A DNA stretch of 64,000 nt from Solirubrobacter sp. (lineage in GTDB: Bacteria > Actinomycetota > Thermoleophilia > Solirubrobacterales > Solirubrobacteraceae), in contig DATMGH010000067.1 of the NCBI GenBank assembly GCA_035555675.1, forward strand, positions 61,442-125,441. Reading direction: 5' to 3'. The notes under the pieces were generated by a model, which worked only from the letters and a program-made list of their open reading frames with translations, made no database searches and was not told where the DNA came from. Below are positions 16,523 through 26,528 of this stretch, in pieces. How positions within the stretch are numbered: the stretch's first letter is position 1; each line of letters starts with the position of its first letter. The translations under genes were made by a program, and so were the position numbers.

Positions 16523-18383
16523 CTCGGACGACCGGGCCACGGACGATGTCGCGCAGGCCGGCCGGGCGACACCCCCCGGGCGCGAAACGTCCTCCTCTTC
16601 GGGCGAAGCCCGGTTTCGCGACCGGGGGGTGGCGCTCGGCCGGCCGGGGAGTGAAGTTCCCGGGGGCGTGGCGGCGTCGGGCGAGGTGCCCGGGGGCGTG
16701 GCGGCGTCGGGCGACGACGCGCGTCGCTGGCCGCGGCTCGCGTGGCCGGCACTCCTCGCCGCCCTCTTCGCCGCCGCCCTGATCCTGCGCCTCGTCGGCC
16801 TCAAGACCGGCCTCCCGTACGTCTACAACGCCGACGAGAACAGCCACTTCGTCCCGCGCGCGATCGGCATGTTCGGGCACAACCTGAACCCGGACTACTT
16901 CGTCAACCCGCCCGCGTTCACGTACCTCGTCCACGCGCTCTTCGCGCTCCGCTGGGGCACCGATCCGGCGACCGTCGGCGGCGCGTTCGCGGCCGACCCG
17001 ACCAGCGCGTTCGCACTAGCCCGCGCCGCCTCCGCCGTACTCGGCGCGCTCGCCGTCGTCTTCACCGCGATCGCCGGCGCGCGGCTCTTCGACGACAAGC
17101 GCGCCGGCGCGCTCGCCGGCGCCCTGCTGGCGGTGGCGTTCCTGCCCGTCCACTACAGCCACTTCGCGCTCAACGACGCGCCCACGCTGGCGCCGCTGGC
17201 CGCCGCGCTGATCGGGATCGCCGGCATCTACCGCACCGGGCGCACGCGCGAGTACGTGCTCGCGGGCCTCGCGCTGGGCGTCGCGATCGCGACCAAGTAC
17301 ACGGCGGGGATCGTGCTCGTGACGCTGATCGCGGCGGCGCTCGTCTCGCCCGTCGCGCAAGCGCGCGTGCGCAACCTGGCGCTGGCGATCGGCCTGATGT
17401 GCGCGGGCTTCATCGCCGCGAACCCGTACGCGGTGCTGGACGCGAGCGCGTTCCGTGACGGCCTGCAGCACCAGACCGACGCGGCGGGGGACGAGACCGG
17501 CAAGCTCGGCCTCGCGGACTCCTCCGGCTGGCGCTACTACCTCGGCACGTTCACCTGGGGCCTCGGCTGGCTGCCGTCGCTGTTCGCGCTCGGCGGCGCG
17601 GCGGCGCTGATCGCGCGGCACCGCCGGCTCGCGCTCCTGCTCGCGCCCGCGCCGATCCTGCTGTTCCTCTACCTCGGCCAGCAGTCGCGCTTCTTCGCCC
17701 GCTGGCTGCTGCCGATCTACCCGATCCTCTGCCTGCTGGCCGCCTGGGCGGTGTTCGCGCTCGCCGACCGCGTGCGCTGGCGCGTGCTCGCCCCGGCGCT
17801 GGCGGTGCTGCTGCTCGCGCAGGGCATCGTCTACAGCGCGCACAACGACGTCGTGCTGGCCCGCGCGGACACGCGCTGGGTCGCGCGCGAGTGGATGAAG
17901 GCGAACATCCCGGCGGGCACGAAGATCGTGATGGAGCCGATCGCGCCCGACCAGTGGGCGATGGACACCGGGCACCCGCTGTTCGACGCGACCGGCAGCG
18001 GCAACCGCTGGAACAAGTACCGGACGTCGCGGTCGTGCTTCTTCAACGGCGAGACGCTCCAGTCCCCGTGCCCGGTGGTCAAGCTCGAGGACTACGAACG
18101 GACGCTGCGGCCCGAGCTGGTCGAGGGCTACAAGCACGCCGGCTTCTGCTGGATCGTGACCGGCTCGACGCAGTACGGCCGCGCCTACGCGGACCCGAAG
18201 GCGGTGCCGGACGCGATCCGCTACTACGACGAGCTGCGCCGCCGCGCCGACGTCGTCTACCGCATCAGCCCGGCGAGCTCGCCGCAGCGGTTCTCCTTCG
18301 ACGACTCGTTCAACTACTACCCGCTCGCCTACGACCGGCCGGGCCCGGCGATCACCATCTACCGGCTGCCAGACTGCTCATGA
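16509..18383 (+). CDS. GT39/ArnT-like GT-C glycosyltransferase (start uncertain; N-terminus carries a repeat-derived segment)
   Basis: YNADENSHF DE motif, YFVNPP, HYSHFALND, ATKY, RWLLP; C-terminal soluble domain. Confidence 0.8.
   Translation: MSAANSDDRATDDVAQAGRATPPGRETSSSSGEARFRDRGVALGRPGSEVPGGVAASGEVPGGVAASGDDARRWPRLAWPALLAALFAAALILRLVGLKTGLPYVYNADENSHFVPRAIGMFGHNLNPDYFVNPPAFTYLVHALFALRWGTDPATVGGAFAADPTSAFALARAASAVLGALAVVFTAIAGARLFDDKRAGALAGALLAVAFLPVHYSHFALNDAPTLAPLAAALIGIAGIYRTGRTREYVLAGLALGVAIATKYTAGIVLVTLIAAALVSPVAQARVRNLALAIGLMCAGFIAANPYAVLDASAFRDGLQHQTDAAGDETGKLGLADSSGWRYYLGTFTWGLGWLPSLFALGGAAALIARHRRLALLLAPAPILLFLYLGQQSRFFARWLLPIYPILCLLAAWAVFALADRVRWRVLAPALAVLLLAQGIVYSAHNDVVLARADTRWVAREWMKANIPAGTKIVMEPIAPDQWAMDTGHPLFDATGSGNRWNKYRTSRSCFFNGETLQSPCPVVKLEDYERTLRPELVEGYKHAGFCWIVTGSTQYGRAYADPKAVPDAIRYYDELRRRADVVYRISPASSPQRFSFDDSFNYYPLAYDRPGPAITIYRLPDCS
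16556..16645. repeat. 33-bp imperfect inverted repeat with inner CGGGC-GAA-GCCCG hairpin, inside the coding frame
   Basis: Arms 16556-16588 and 16613-16645 match at 30 of 33 positions; followed by two near-identical 30-bp tandem units (16653-16712). Confidence 0.9.
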
Positions 18384-19030
18384 TGAAGCGCCTGGTCGTC
18401 GCCGGCTTCTTCTGCGGCCTGATCGCGCTGGGGCTACCGAACCTGGTCGTGTGGCTCGGCGGCCGCGGAGCGACGACCGACGTCGACCGCGTCCCGCACG
18501 CGCAGGCGGCGCTGGTGCTGGGCGCGCAGGTGATGCCCAACGGCTCGCCGAGCTCGATGCTGTCGGACCGGATCACGGCCGCCGAGGAGCTGTACAAGGC
18601 CGGCCGCGTCGACAAGCTGCTGCTGTCGGGCGACCACGGGACGGTCGGCTACGACGAGGTCGGCACGATGCGGCGGATCCTGCTCGAGCACGGCATCCCA
18701 CCGCGCGACATCTTCACCGACCACGCCGGCTTCGACACGTGGGACAGCGCCCAGCGGGCTCGCCGCGTGTTCGACGTCAAGTCGGCGGTGGTGGTCACGC
18801 AGCGCTTCCACATGGCGCGCGCCCTGTTCGACGCGCGCCGCGCCGGCCTGCAGGTCAGCGGCTTCGACGCCGACCGGCGCTCCTACGGCCGCGTCATGCG
18901 CCGCCTGCAGGTGCGCGAGGCGGCCGCACGGGTCAAGACGCTCGGCGACGCGGTGACCGGCGCGGACCCGCGCTTCCTCGGCCCGGTGATCCCGATCACG
19001 GGCGACGGACGGAAGTCCTGGGGCGACTGA
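18380..19030 (+). CDS. sanA: SanA/YdcF (ElyC-like, DUF218) protein
   Basis: LVLGA, LSDR, LLSGDH, YDEV..M, DHAGFDT..S, TQRFH..RA, REAAARVK motifs. Confidence 0.85.
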   Translation: MMKRLVVAGFFCGLIALGLPNLVVWLGGRGATTDVDRVPHAQAALVLGAQVMPNGSPSSMLSDRITAAEELYKAGRVDKLLLSGDHGTVGYDEVGTMRRILLEHGIPPRDIFTDHAGFDTWDSAQRARRVFDVKSAVVVTQRFHMARALFDARRAGLQVSGFDADRRSYGRVMRRLQVREAAARVKTLGDAVTGADPRFLGPVIPITGDGRKSWGD

Positions 19031-19047
19031 ATATCGTCTGTGGTGAC

Positions 19048-20169
19048 GTGAGCACACTCCAGGCCACCGACCGCGAGCATCTCGCGCGGGCGATCGAGCT
19101 CGCCGAGGGCGGACGCGGACGGACCAGTCCCAACCCGCTCGTCGGCGCCGTGATCGTGCGCGACGGGCAGGTGCTCGGCGAAGGCTTCCACACGGCGCTG
19201 GGCGCGCCGCACGCCGAGCGCGAGGCGATCGCGGCCTGCGGCGACGCGGACCTCGGCGGCGCGACGCTGTACGTCTCGCTCGAGCCGTGCTGCCACACCG
19301 GCCGCACGCCGCCGTGCACGGACGCGATCATCGAGGCCGGGATCGCCCGCGTCGTGGTCGCCTCCGACGACCCGACCGAGAAGGCCGCCGGCCGCGGGCT
19401 CGGGATCCTGCGCGACGAGGGAATCGAAGTGGTGGTCGCGGACGCCGAGCTGGCGGTCCGCGCGCGGCTGCTCAACCAGCCGTTCCGCAAGCACGCGCGC
19501 ACGGGGCGGCCGTTCGTGCTGTTCAAGTCGGCGATGACGCTCGACGGGAAGGTCGCCACCCGCACCGGGGACTCGAAGTGGATCTCGGGCGAGGACTCGC
19601 GGCGGCTCTCGCACCACTGGCGGGCGGAGGTCGACGCGGTGGTCGTGGGGATCGGCACGGCGCTGACCGACGACCCGCAGCTGACCGCCCGGATCGAGGG
19701 CGTGACGCGCCAGCCGCGGCGGATCGTGTTCGACTCCGAGGCGCGGCTGCCGCTGGACTCCCAGCTGGTGCGCGGGGCGGGCGAGGTGCCGCTCACCGTC
19801 GTGGTGACCCGCGCGGCGCCGCGGACCGCGGTCGACGCGCTGGAGATCGCCGGCGTGGACGTGATCGTCGCCACCGGCGCCAACGAGCCCGACCGCGTGC
19901 GCAACGCGCTGGTGCAGCTCGGGGCGTTCGGCGTCACCTCCCTGCTGCTGGAGGGCGGGCCGCACCTGGCGGGCGCGTTCCTGGACGCGGGCGAGGTGGA
20001 CGAGATCCGGCTGTTCGTCGCGCCGGTCGTGCTCGGCGGCTCCTCGGCCCGGGACCCGCTCGAAGGCGAGGGCGCGGAGCGGATCGCGTCCGCGGTGCGC
20101 GCGCTGTCGCTGGACTGCTCACGGGTGGCGCAGGACGTCCTGATCACGGCCCGGATGCGGGAGTGGTAG
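19048..20169 (+). CDS. ribD: Bifunctional riboflavin deaminase/reductase RibD
   Basis: [35 protein letters not shown]. Confidence 0.96.
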   Translation: MSTLQATDREHLARAIELAEGGRGRTSPNPLVGAVIVRDGQVLGEGFHTALGAPHAEREAIAACGDADLGGATLYVSLEPCCHTGRTPPCTDAIIEAGIARVVVASDDPTEKAAGRGLGILRDEGIEVVVADAELAVRARLLNQPFRKHARTGRPFVLFKSAMTLDGKVATRTGDSKWISGEDSRRLSHHWRAEVDAVVVGIGTALTDDPQLTARIEGVTRQPRRIVFDSEARLPLDSQLVRGAGEVPLTVVVTRAAPRTAVDALEIAGVDVIVATGANEPDRVRNALVQLGAFGVTSLLLEGGPHLAGAFLDAGEVDEIRLFVAPVVLGGSSARDPLEGEGAERIASAVRALSLDCSRVAQDVLITARMREW

Positions 20170-20171
20170 GC

Positions 20172-20753
20172 GTGTTCACGGGGCTCGTGGCCGATCTCGG
20201 GACGGTGGTGTCGGTGGACGCCACGGACGACGGCGCGCGGCTGCGCGTGGCGTCCCCGCTGGCGTCGTCGCTGGCGCTCGGCGACTCGGTGGCGGTCAAC
20301 GGCGTCTGCCTGACGGCGACCGACGTGTCCGGCGAGGGGTTCGCGGCGGACGTCATGCACGAGTCGCTGCGGCGGTCCTCGCTGGGCGCGGTCGAATCCG
20401 GCTCGCGGGTCAACCTGGAGCTGCCGCTGCGGGCGGCGGACCGGCTCGGCGGGCACTTCGTGCAGGGGCACGTGGACGGGGTCGGGCGGGTGGAGTCGGC
20501 GGTCGAGGACGGGTTCGCCCGCGTGGTGACGATCTCCGCCGATCCTGCGCTGCTCCGGTACGTGGTCTCGAAGGGCTCGATCGCGGTCGACGGCGTGTCG
20601 CTGACCGTGACCGAGGTCGATGCGTCGTCGTTCTCGGTGTCCTTGATCCCGGAGACGCTCGAGCGCACGACGCTGGGGGCGGCCGCTGCCGGCCGTCCGG
20701 TGAACCTGGAGGTGGACGTGCTCGCGAAGTACGTGGAGAAGCTGGCTCGATGA
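20172..20753 (+). CDS. ribE: Riboflavin synthase (alpha chain)
   Basis: MFTGLV start, [40 protein letters not shown]. Confidence 0.96.
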   Translation: MFTGLVADLGTVVSVDATDDGARLRVASPLASSLALGDSVAVNGVCLTATDVSGEGFAADVMHESLRRSSLGAVESGSRVNLELPLRAADRLGGHFVQGHVDGVGRVESAVEDGFARVVTISADPALLRYVVSKGSIAVDGVSLTVTEVDASSFSVSLIPETLERTTLGAAAAGRPVNLEVDVLAKYVEKLAR

Positions 20754-22021
20754 CGTTCGCGACGATCGAGGAGGCACTGGACGAGATCCGCGCGGGGCGG
20801 ATGGTCGTCGTCTGCGACGACGAGGACCGCGAGAACGAGGGCGACCTGACGCTGGCGGCGCAGTTCGCCACGCCCGAGGCGATCAACTTCATGGCCAAGG
20901 AGGGGCGTGGGCTGATCTGCCTCGCCCTGACGCCGGAGCGCTGCGACGAGCTCGGGCTGGACCTGATGGCGGCCAAGAACGAGTCCCCGTACGAGACCGC
21001 GTTCACCGTCTCGATCGAAGCGCGCGACGGGATCACGACCGGGATCTCCGCGGCCGACCGGGCGCGCACCGTCCAGGTCGCGATCGACCCGGAGTCCGCG
21101 CCGCGCGACCTGGTCCAGCCGGGCCACGTCTTTCCCCTGAAGGCCAAGCCCGGTGGTGTCCTGGAGCGGACCGGGCAGACCGAGGCCGCGGTCGACCTGG
21201 CGCGGCTGGCGGGCTTGAACCCGGCGGGCGTGATCTGCGAGATCATGAACGACGACGGGACGATGGCCCGCGTCGACGACCTGCGCCTGTACTGCGCGCG
21301 GCACGGGCTGAAGATGATCACCGTCGCCGACCTGATCGCCTACCGGCGCAAGCACGACAAGCTGGTCGAGCGGGTCGTGGAGACGCGGCTGCCGACCGGG
21401 TTCGGGGAGTTCACCGCGGTCGGCTACCGGTCGCTGGTCGACGGCAAGCACCACGTGGCGCTGGTCAAGGGCGACGTGCGGGACGCGTCCGACGTGCTGG
21501 TGCGGGTGCACTCGGAGTGCCTGACCGGGGACGTCTTCCACTCGCTGCGCTGCGACTGCGGCGAGCAGCTCGAGAGCGCGCTGGCGATGATCGAGCGCGA
21601 GGGCGCGGGCGTGCTGCTGTACCTGGCGCAGGAGGGGCGCGGGATCGGGCTGCTGAACAAGCTGCGCGCGTACAACCTGCAGGACCAGGGGCTCGACACG
21701 GTCGACGCGAACCTGGAGCTCGGCCTGCCCGTCGACCTGCGCGACTACGGCATCGGGGCGCAGATCCTGGTCGACCTCGGATTGAGCTCGATCCGGATCC
21801 TCACCAACAACCCGAAGAAGATCCGGGGGCTGGAGGGGTACGGGCTCTCGGTGACGGCGCAGGTGCCGATCGAGCACGCGCCGAACCCGCACAACGAGGC
21901 GTACCTGCGGGCCAAGCGCGACCGGCTGGGGCACACGCTGCACCACCAGGGGCTCGCGCTGGACGAGCAGATGGTGCACGACGAGGCGGTCCGCGACCAG
22001 TCGCGGCGGGAGGGCACGTGA
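20750..22021 (+). CDS. ribBA: Bifunctional DHBP synthase / GTP cyclohydrolase II
   Basis: [51 protein letters not shown]. Confidence 0.97.
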   Translation: MTFATIEEALDEIRAGRMVVVCDDEDRENEGDLTLAAQFATPEAINFMAKEGRGLICLALTPERCDELGLDLMAAKNESPYETAFTVSIEARDGITTGISAADRARTVQVAIDPESAPRDLVQPGHVFPLKAKPGGVLERTGQTEAAVDLARLAGLNPAGVICEIMNDDGTMARVDDLRLYCARHGLKMITVADLIAYRRKHDKLVERVVETRLPTGFGEFTAVGYRSLVDGKHHVALVKGDVRDASDVLVRVHSECLTGDVFHSLRCDCGEQLESALAMIEREGAGVLLYLAQEGRGIGLLNKLRAYNLQDQGLDTVDANLELGLPVDLRDYGIGAQILVDLGLSSIRILTNNPKKIRGLEGYGLSVTAQVPIEHAPNPHNEAYLRAKRDRLGHTLHHQGLALDEQMVHDEAVRDQSRREGT

Positions 22022-22440
22022 ACTTCGCGATCGTCGTCGGACGGTTCTATGAGGAGCTCGCGACCCGCCTGATCGCGGGGGCGCAGGACGCGTTCGCCGC
22101 GGCCGGCGTGGGGGAGGCGGACGTGTACGACGTGCCGGGCGCGTTCGAGCTGGCGCCGGCGGCGTCGTACCTGGCCGCGACCGGGCGGTACGCCGGGGTC
22201 GCCTGCCTGGGCGCGGTGATCCGCGGCGAGACCGACCACTACGACTACGTCTGCGCCGAGACCGCGCGCGGGATCATGGACGTGCAGCTGCGGACCGGCG
22301 TCCCGTGCGCGTTCGGCGTGCTCACGGTCGAGAACCTCGACCAGGCCCTCGCGCGCACGGGGGGCGGCAAGCGCGACCAGGGCGCGCACGCCGCGGAGGC
22401 GGTCATCACCCTGGCGCGCCTGCGGCGCTCGCTGGCGTAG
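22018..22440 (+). CDS. ribH: 6,7-dimethyl-8-ribityllumazine synthase
   Basis: [28 protein letters not shown] motifs. Confidence 0.95.
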   Translation: MNFAIVVGRFYEELATRLIAGAQDAFAAAGVGEADVYDVPGAFELAPAASYLAATGRYAGVACLGAVIRGETDHYDYVCAETARGIMDVQLRTGVPCAFGVLTVENLDQALARTGGGKRDQGAHAAEAVITLARLRRSLA

Positions 22441-22655
22441 CGCGCGGCGTCCGCCGCTCGGGCCGCGCCGCGCTCGCCGGGCAGCGCGGCGCCGCTCTAC
22501 CGCGCCTCGTCGTGCCGCGCCGCCGTGCCGCGCTTCACCGTGCCGCGGCGTCGGTTCGCGCGCGGCGTCGCCCTGCCGCGCCTCGTCGTGCTGCGCCGCC
22601 GTGCCGCGGTCATCGCGCCGCCCTGCCGCGCCTCACCGCGCCGCGCGCGGCCGGC
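22441..22655. repeat. Low-complexity GC-rich intergenic repeats (gccgcgcc variants)
   Basis: Recurrent ccgcgcctcgtcgtgc and gccgtgccgcg units, similar to 59613-59910. Confidence 0.6.
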
Positions 22656-24644
22656 TCACTGGCCGTGGCCGGGCCCAGCTGGTCCGTTGCCGCGCGGGCC
22701 CGGACCGTCCGGACCGCGGTGCGCTCCGCCCTTCGGCCCGCCTCCCTGGAGCGCCTTCTTGAGCAGGTCGCGGACGGTGGCGTTCTGGTCGTCGAAGCGG
22801 GCCAGGCGCTGCTCGAGCACCTGGGCGGCTTCCTCTGCGCGGCCGGCCGCCAGCAGCGCGGCGGCGTAGTCGTACATGGCGTAGGCGCAGGGGTCGACCT
22901 GGGCGCTGCCGCCGCAGGCGTCGATCGCGGCCTTGAGGTCGGTCAGCGCGGTTTCGACGTCGCCGTTCAGGAGCGCCGTGTGGCCGGCCGCCTGGAGCTT
23001 GGACGGGTCGCCGGACGGCGGCTCGCCGGCGCCTGGAGTCTCCGGCTCAGGCGTCGCGGTCTCGGTGGGCGCCGGCGTCGGCGTGTCCGTGGGCGAGGGC
23101 GTGGCGGTCGGCGTCGCCTCGGGCGTCGGCGTGCTCGTCGCCCGCGGGCTCGGCGTGGCGGTCGGCGTCGTCTCCGCCCGCGGCGGCGACTCGGCGTCAT
23201 CGCGGGTCGCGTACGCGTAGCCCCCGGCCGCCGCCAGCACCGCCAGCGCGCCCAGGACGAAGAGCAGCGGCCCGACGACGGACCGGCGCCGCCGCTCGGC
23301 GCTCCGCCGCCCGCCGTCGCGCGTCGGGACGTCCCGACGCGGGCCCGGCTCGCCGCGGCCGAAGTCGCGGCGCGAGGGGGCGTCGTCGCGCCGCGGCGCC
23401 TCGCCGCGGGTGCGGCGCCGCGTGTCGCGGTGCGAGAGGTCGGTGTCGCGACGCCGGGCGTCGCCGGCGAGGTCGCGGCCTGGCGAATCGGCGCCGAGCT
23501 CGCGCGGCGAACGCGCCTCGCCGCCGCGCGCCTCGCGGCCGAAGCGGCGCGCCGCGTCGTCGGCCGCCGCGTCGCCGTCCCCCCACAGGGAGTGCGGCGC
23601 GGTCGCGTCATCGTTCCGCGCGGCGCCGCCGCCCGGCGAGCGGCCATGGCCGGCGCTCGCCGGCCCGCCAAGGGGGTCCGTGGGGCGGCCGCTCGCCCCT
23701 TCCGCGTCGCCGGGTCCCGCCGCGCCCGCCGCGCCGCCGAGCCCTGCCGCGCCGCCGCCCGCCGCGGCCTGGCGCCGCCAGCGCCCGCGGCGGCGCGTCG
23801 TGGGCACCGACGTCGAGGAGCTCGCCAGCGCGTCCACCAACGCCGCGCACGACGCCCAGCGGTCCCGCGGCTCCTTCGCCAACCCGCGCTCGAGCACCCC
23901 GTCAACCGCGCGTGGCAGCGTGACGCCCCGGTCCGCCGCGCGCACGGACGCCCGCGGCGGCGTGTCCTCGACGTGCGCCCGCGCGGTCGCCGCGAAGTGC
24001 GCGGACTCGAACGGCCGCGCGCCCGCGAGCAGCTCGTACGCGACGACGGCCAGCGCGTAGCGGTCCGACGCCGCCGTGGCCTTCTCGCCCAGCGCCTGCT
24101 CCGGCGACAGATACGCGGCCGTGCCGAGCACCTGCCCGGTCACGGTCAGCTGGTCCTCCCAGGCGAGCCGGGCGATGCCGAAGTCCGCCACGGCGAGCCG
24201 GTCGCGCGCGTCCAGCAGCAGGTTCCCCGGCTTGACGTCGCGGTGCACGATCCCCGCCGCGTGCGCGGTGTCCAGCGCCGCGCCCGCCTGCCGCAGCCAC
24301 TCCAAGGCGACGTCGCGCGACACGCGCCCGGTCCGGTCCGCCACCGTCCCGCCGCGCATGATCTCCATCACCATGAAAACGCGCTCATCGAAGGATCCGA
24401 AGTCGTAGACGGTCACGACGTTCGGATGCGATGAGAGCCCCGCCGCCGCCCGCGCCTCACGCCCGAACCGCCGCCGCGCGCGCTCGTCCGAAACCAGGTG
24501 CGAAGCCAGTACCTTGACCGCTACGTCGCGGCCCAGCAGCGAGTCGTGCGCCTCCCACACCGTGGCCATTCCACCGCTGGCCAGGAACCGGACCACGCGG
24601 TAGCGATCCGGCAGGGAGATGCGATCCGGACTGACCGGGGGCAT
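22656..24644 (-). CDS. Hanks-type Ser/Thr protein kinase with one TM helix and an extracellular TPR-like helical domain
   Basis: GGMATV, VAVK, HRDVKPGN, DFG, GTAAYLSPEQ; TM VVGPLLFVLG..; Pro/Thr linker. TAGGGT -10 lies 7 nt before ATG 24644. Confidence 0.92.
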   Translation of the reverse strand: MPPVSPDRISLPDRYRVVRFLASGGMATVWEAHDSLLGRDVAVKVLASHLVSDERARRRFGREARAAAGLSSHPNVVTVYDFGSFDERVFMVMEIMRGGTVADRTGRVSRDVALEWLRQAGAALDTAHAAGIVHRDVKPGNLLLDARDRLAVADFGIARLAWEDQLTVTGQVLGTAAYLSPEQALGEKATAASDRYALAVVAYELLAGARPFESAHFAATARAHVEDTPPRASVRAADRGVTLPRAVDGVLERGLAKEPRDRWASCAALVDALASSSTSVPTTRRRGRWRRQAAAGGGAAGLGGAAGAAGPGDAEGASGRPTDPLGGPASAGHGRSPGGGAARNDDATAPHSLWGDGDAAADDAARRFGREARGGEARSPRELGADSPGRDLAGDARRRDTDLSHRDTRRRTRGEAPRRDDAPSRRDFGRGEPGPRRDVPTRDGGRRSAERRRRSVVGPLLFVLGALAVLAAAGGYAYATRDDAESPPRAETTPTATPSPRATSTPTPEATPTATPSPTDTPTPAPTETATPEPETPGAGEPPSGDPSKLQAAGHTALLNGDVETALTDLKAAIDACGGSAQVDPCAYAMYDYAAALLAAGRAEEAAQVLEQRLARFDDQNATVRDLLKKALQGGGPKGGAHRGPDGPGPRGNGPAGPGHGQ

Positions 24645-24690
24645 CGCACACACCCTAGCCGCCGAACCACCTCCTATACTCATCGCCCCG

Positions 24691-24879
24691 ATGGCTCGAA
24701 TCTGTCACTCCTGCGGCAAGCGCCCGGCCTTTGGCCAGAGCCGCTCACACTCGATGGTCGCGACCAAGCGTCGTTTCGACGTCAATGTCCAGAAGGTCCG
24801 CATCGTCGAGGCGGGAGCGCCGAAGCGCGTCTATGTCTGCACGCGCTGCCTGAAGGCGGGCAAGGTCACCAAGGCCTAA
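24691..24879 (+). CDS. rpmB: 50S ribosomal protein L28 (zinc-binding type)
   Basis: MARICHSCGK..SHSMVATKRRFDVNVQ..VCTRCLKAGKV. Confidence 0.97.
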   Translation: MARICHSCGKRPAFGQSRSHSMVATKRRFDVNVQKVRIVEAGAPKRVYVCTRCLKAGKVTKA

Positions 24880-24899
24880 GCGGCGGCCGCGGGGCACCG

Positions 24900-26528
24900 T
24901 TGGCCGACCCGAGCCTTCTCCGATTCCGCCTCGTCATCGAGGCGGCTCTCGCACAGCTGGAATCGCGACGCCAGGAGGTCAACGACCTCAACGTCTTCCC
25001 GGTCGCCGACGGCGACACGGGCGACAACATGGCGCTCACGCTCCGCGCCGTGCTCACCGAGCTCGACAACCTGTCCGCGCAGGGCGAGATCGATGAGATC
25101 GGCCGCGAGCAGATCGTCGACTCCGTCGCCCGGGCCGCGCTGCTCGGCGCGCGCGGGAACTCCGGCGTCATCCTCTCCCAGCTGATCCGCGGCGCGGCCG
25201 AGGAGCTGATCAGCCGCCCCGGCGAGCTGGTCGACCCCGTGCTGGTCGCCGCCGCGATGGCGCGCGCCGCCGACCGCGCGTACGGCAGCGTCCGCGACCC
25301 CGCCGAGGGCACGATCCTCACGGTCGTGCGCGAGATGGCCGCCCGCGCGTCGAGTGAGATCGCGCACATGGCCGAGCCGCGCCTGCACCAGCGCGTCGAC
25401 GACGCGACCCAGAACGAGATGCTGGCCTACGTGCTCGAGCACGCGCTCGACGCCGGCATGGCCTCGGTCAAGCGCGGCCCCGAGCTGCTGCCGATCCTGC
25501 GCGAGACCGGCGTGGTGGACGCCGGCGGCTACGGCCTGACGATCATCTTCGCGGGCGTGATCGCCGCACTGCGCGGCAACGAGCCGCCCCCGCTGGAGCA
25601 CTACTCGCCGGCGCGTGTCACGCAGCCCGAGCACAGCTCCTCCACCTACCGGTACTGCACGAACTTCGCGGTCACCGGCACCGACCTGGAAGCCGGCCCG
25701 TGGATCGCCGAGCTCGAGCGCATCGGCGACAGCGTGCTCGTGGTCGGCGATGCGCACACGCTCAAGGTCCACGTGCACACCGACGAGCCCGAGCGCGCGA
25801 CCGCGCTGTTCGCCGACGCCGGCGCGGTCAGCCGCCTCGACGTCGCCGACATGCTCGAGCAGGTCGAGCAGCGCAGCACCCGCATCCGCGAAGGCATCGC
25901 GCACACCGGCGTGCTCGCGGTGGTCAACGGCGACGGCATGCGCGCGCTGTTCGAGGGCCTCGGCGCCCACGTGCTCGACGGCGGCGCGACGCTCAACCCG
26001 AGCACGTACGAGCTGCTGGCCGGCATCCACGACGTCCCCGCCGAGGAGGTCGTGGTGCTGCCGAACTCCCCGAACGTCCGCATGGCCGCCGAGCGGGCCG
26101 CGGAGCTGTCCGAGAAGCCGGTGCGCGTGGTCCCGACGCGCTCGATGGCCGCCGGCCTCGCCGCCGCCGTCGCGCTGGAGCCCAACGGCGACGCGGGCGC
26201 GAACGCCGACGCCATGGAGGAGACGCTGCAGCGCGTCCGCACCGGCGGCGTGACCGAGGCCGCCCGCGACGACACCCGCGGCCGCTTCCGGCGCGGGGAC
26301 ACCGTCGGGTTCGTCGACGAGCAGCTGGTCGCCTGGGGCGAGCCGAGCGAGACGCTCGAGGTCGTGCTGTCCGAGCTCGGCCGCGAAGCCGAGCTGCTGA
26401 CCGTGATCGAGGGCGAAGGCGCGCCGCTGGAGCGCGACGCGGTCGCCGCCCTGGCGCCGAAGCGCATCGAGGTCGAGCTCGAGCGCGGCGGTCAGCCCGC
26501 CTGGTGGTGGCTGCTCTCCGCGGAGTGA
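24900..26528 (+). CDS. DAK2-domain protein (FakA-like fatty acid kinase subunit)
   Basis: NDLNVFPVADGDTGDNM, GARGNSGVILSQ, EGTILTV, VVDAGG, KVHVHT, GGQP; TTG start. Confidence 0.93.
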   Translation: MADPSLLRFRLVIEAALAQLESRRQEVNDLNVFPVADGDTGDNMALTLRAVLTELDNLSAQGEIDEIGREQIVDSVARAALLGARGNSGVILSQLIRGAAEELISRPGELVDPVLVAAAMARAADRAYGSVRDPAEGTILTVVREMAARASSEIAHMAEPRLHQRVDDATQNEMLAYVLEHALDAGMASVKRGPELLPILRETGVVDAGGYGLTIIFAGVIAALRGNEPPPLEHYSPARVTQPEHSSSTYRYCTNFAVTGTDLEAGPWIAELERIGDSVLVVGDAHTLKVHVHTDEPERATALFADAGAVSRLDVADMLEQVEQRSTRIREGIAHTGVLAVVNGDGMRALFEGLGAHVLDGGATLNPSTYELLAGIHDVPAEEVVVLPNSPNVRMAAERAAELSEKPVRVVPTRSMAAGLAAAVALEPNGDAGANADAMEETLQRVRTGGVTEAARDDTRGRFRRGDTVGFVDEQLVAWGEPSETLEVVLSELGREAELLTVIEGEGAPLERDAVAALAPKRIEVELERGGQPAWWWLLSAE

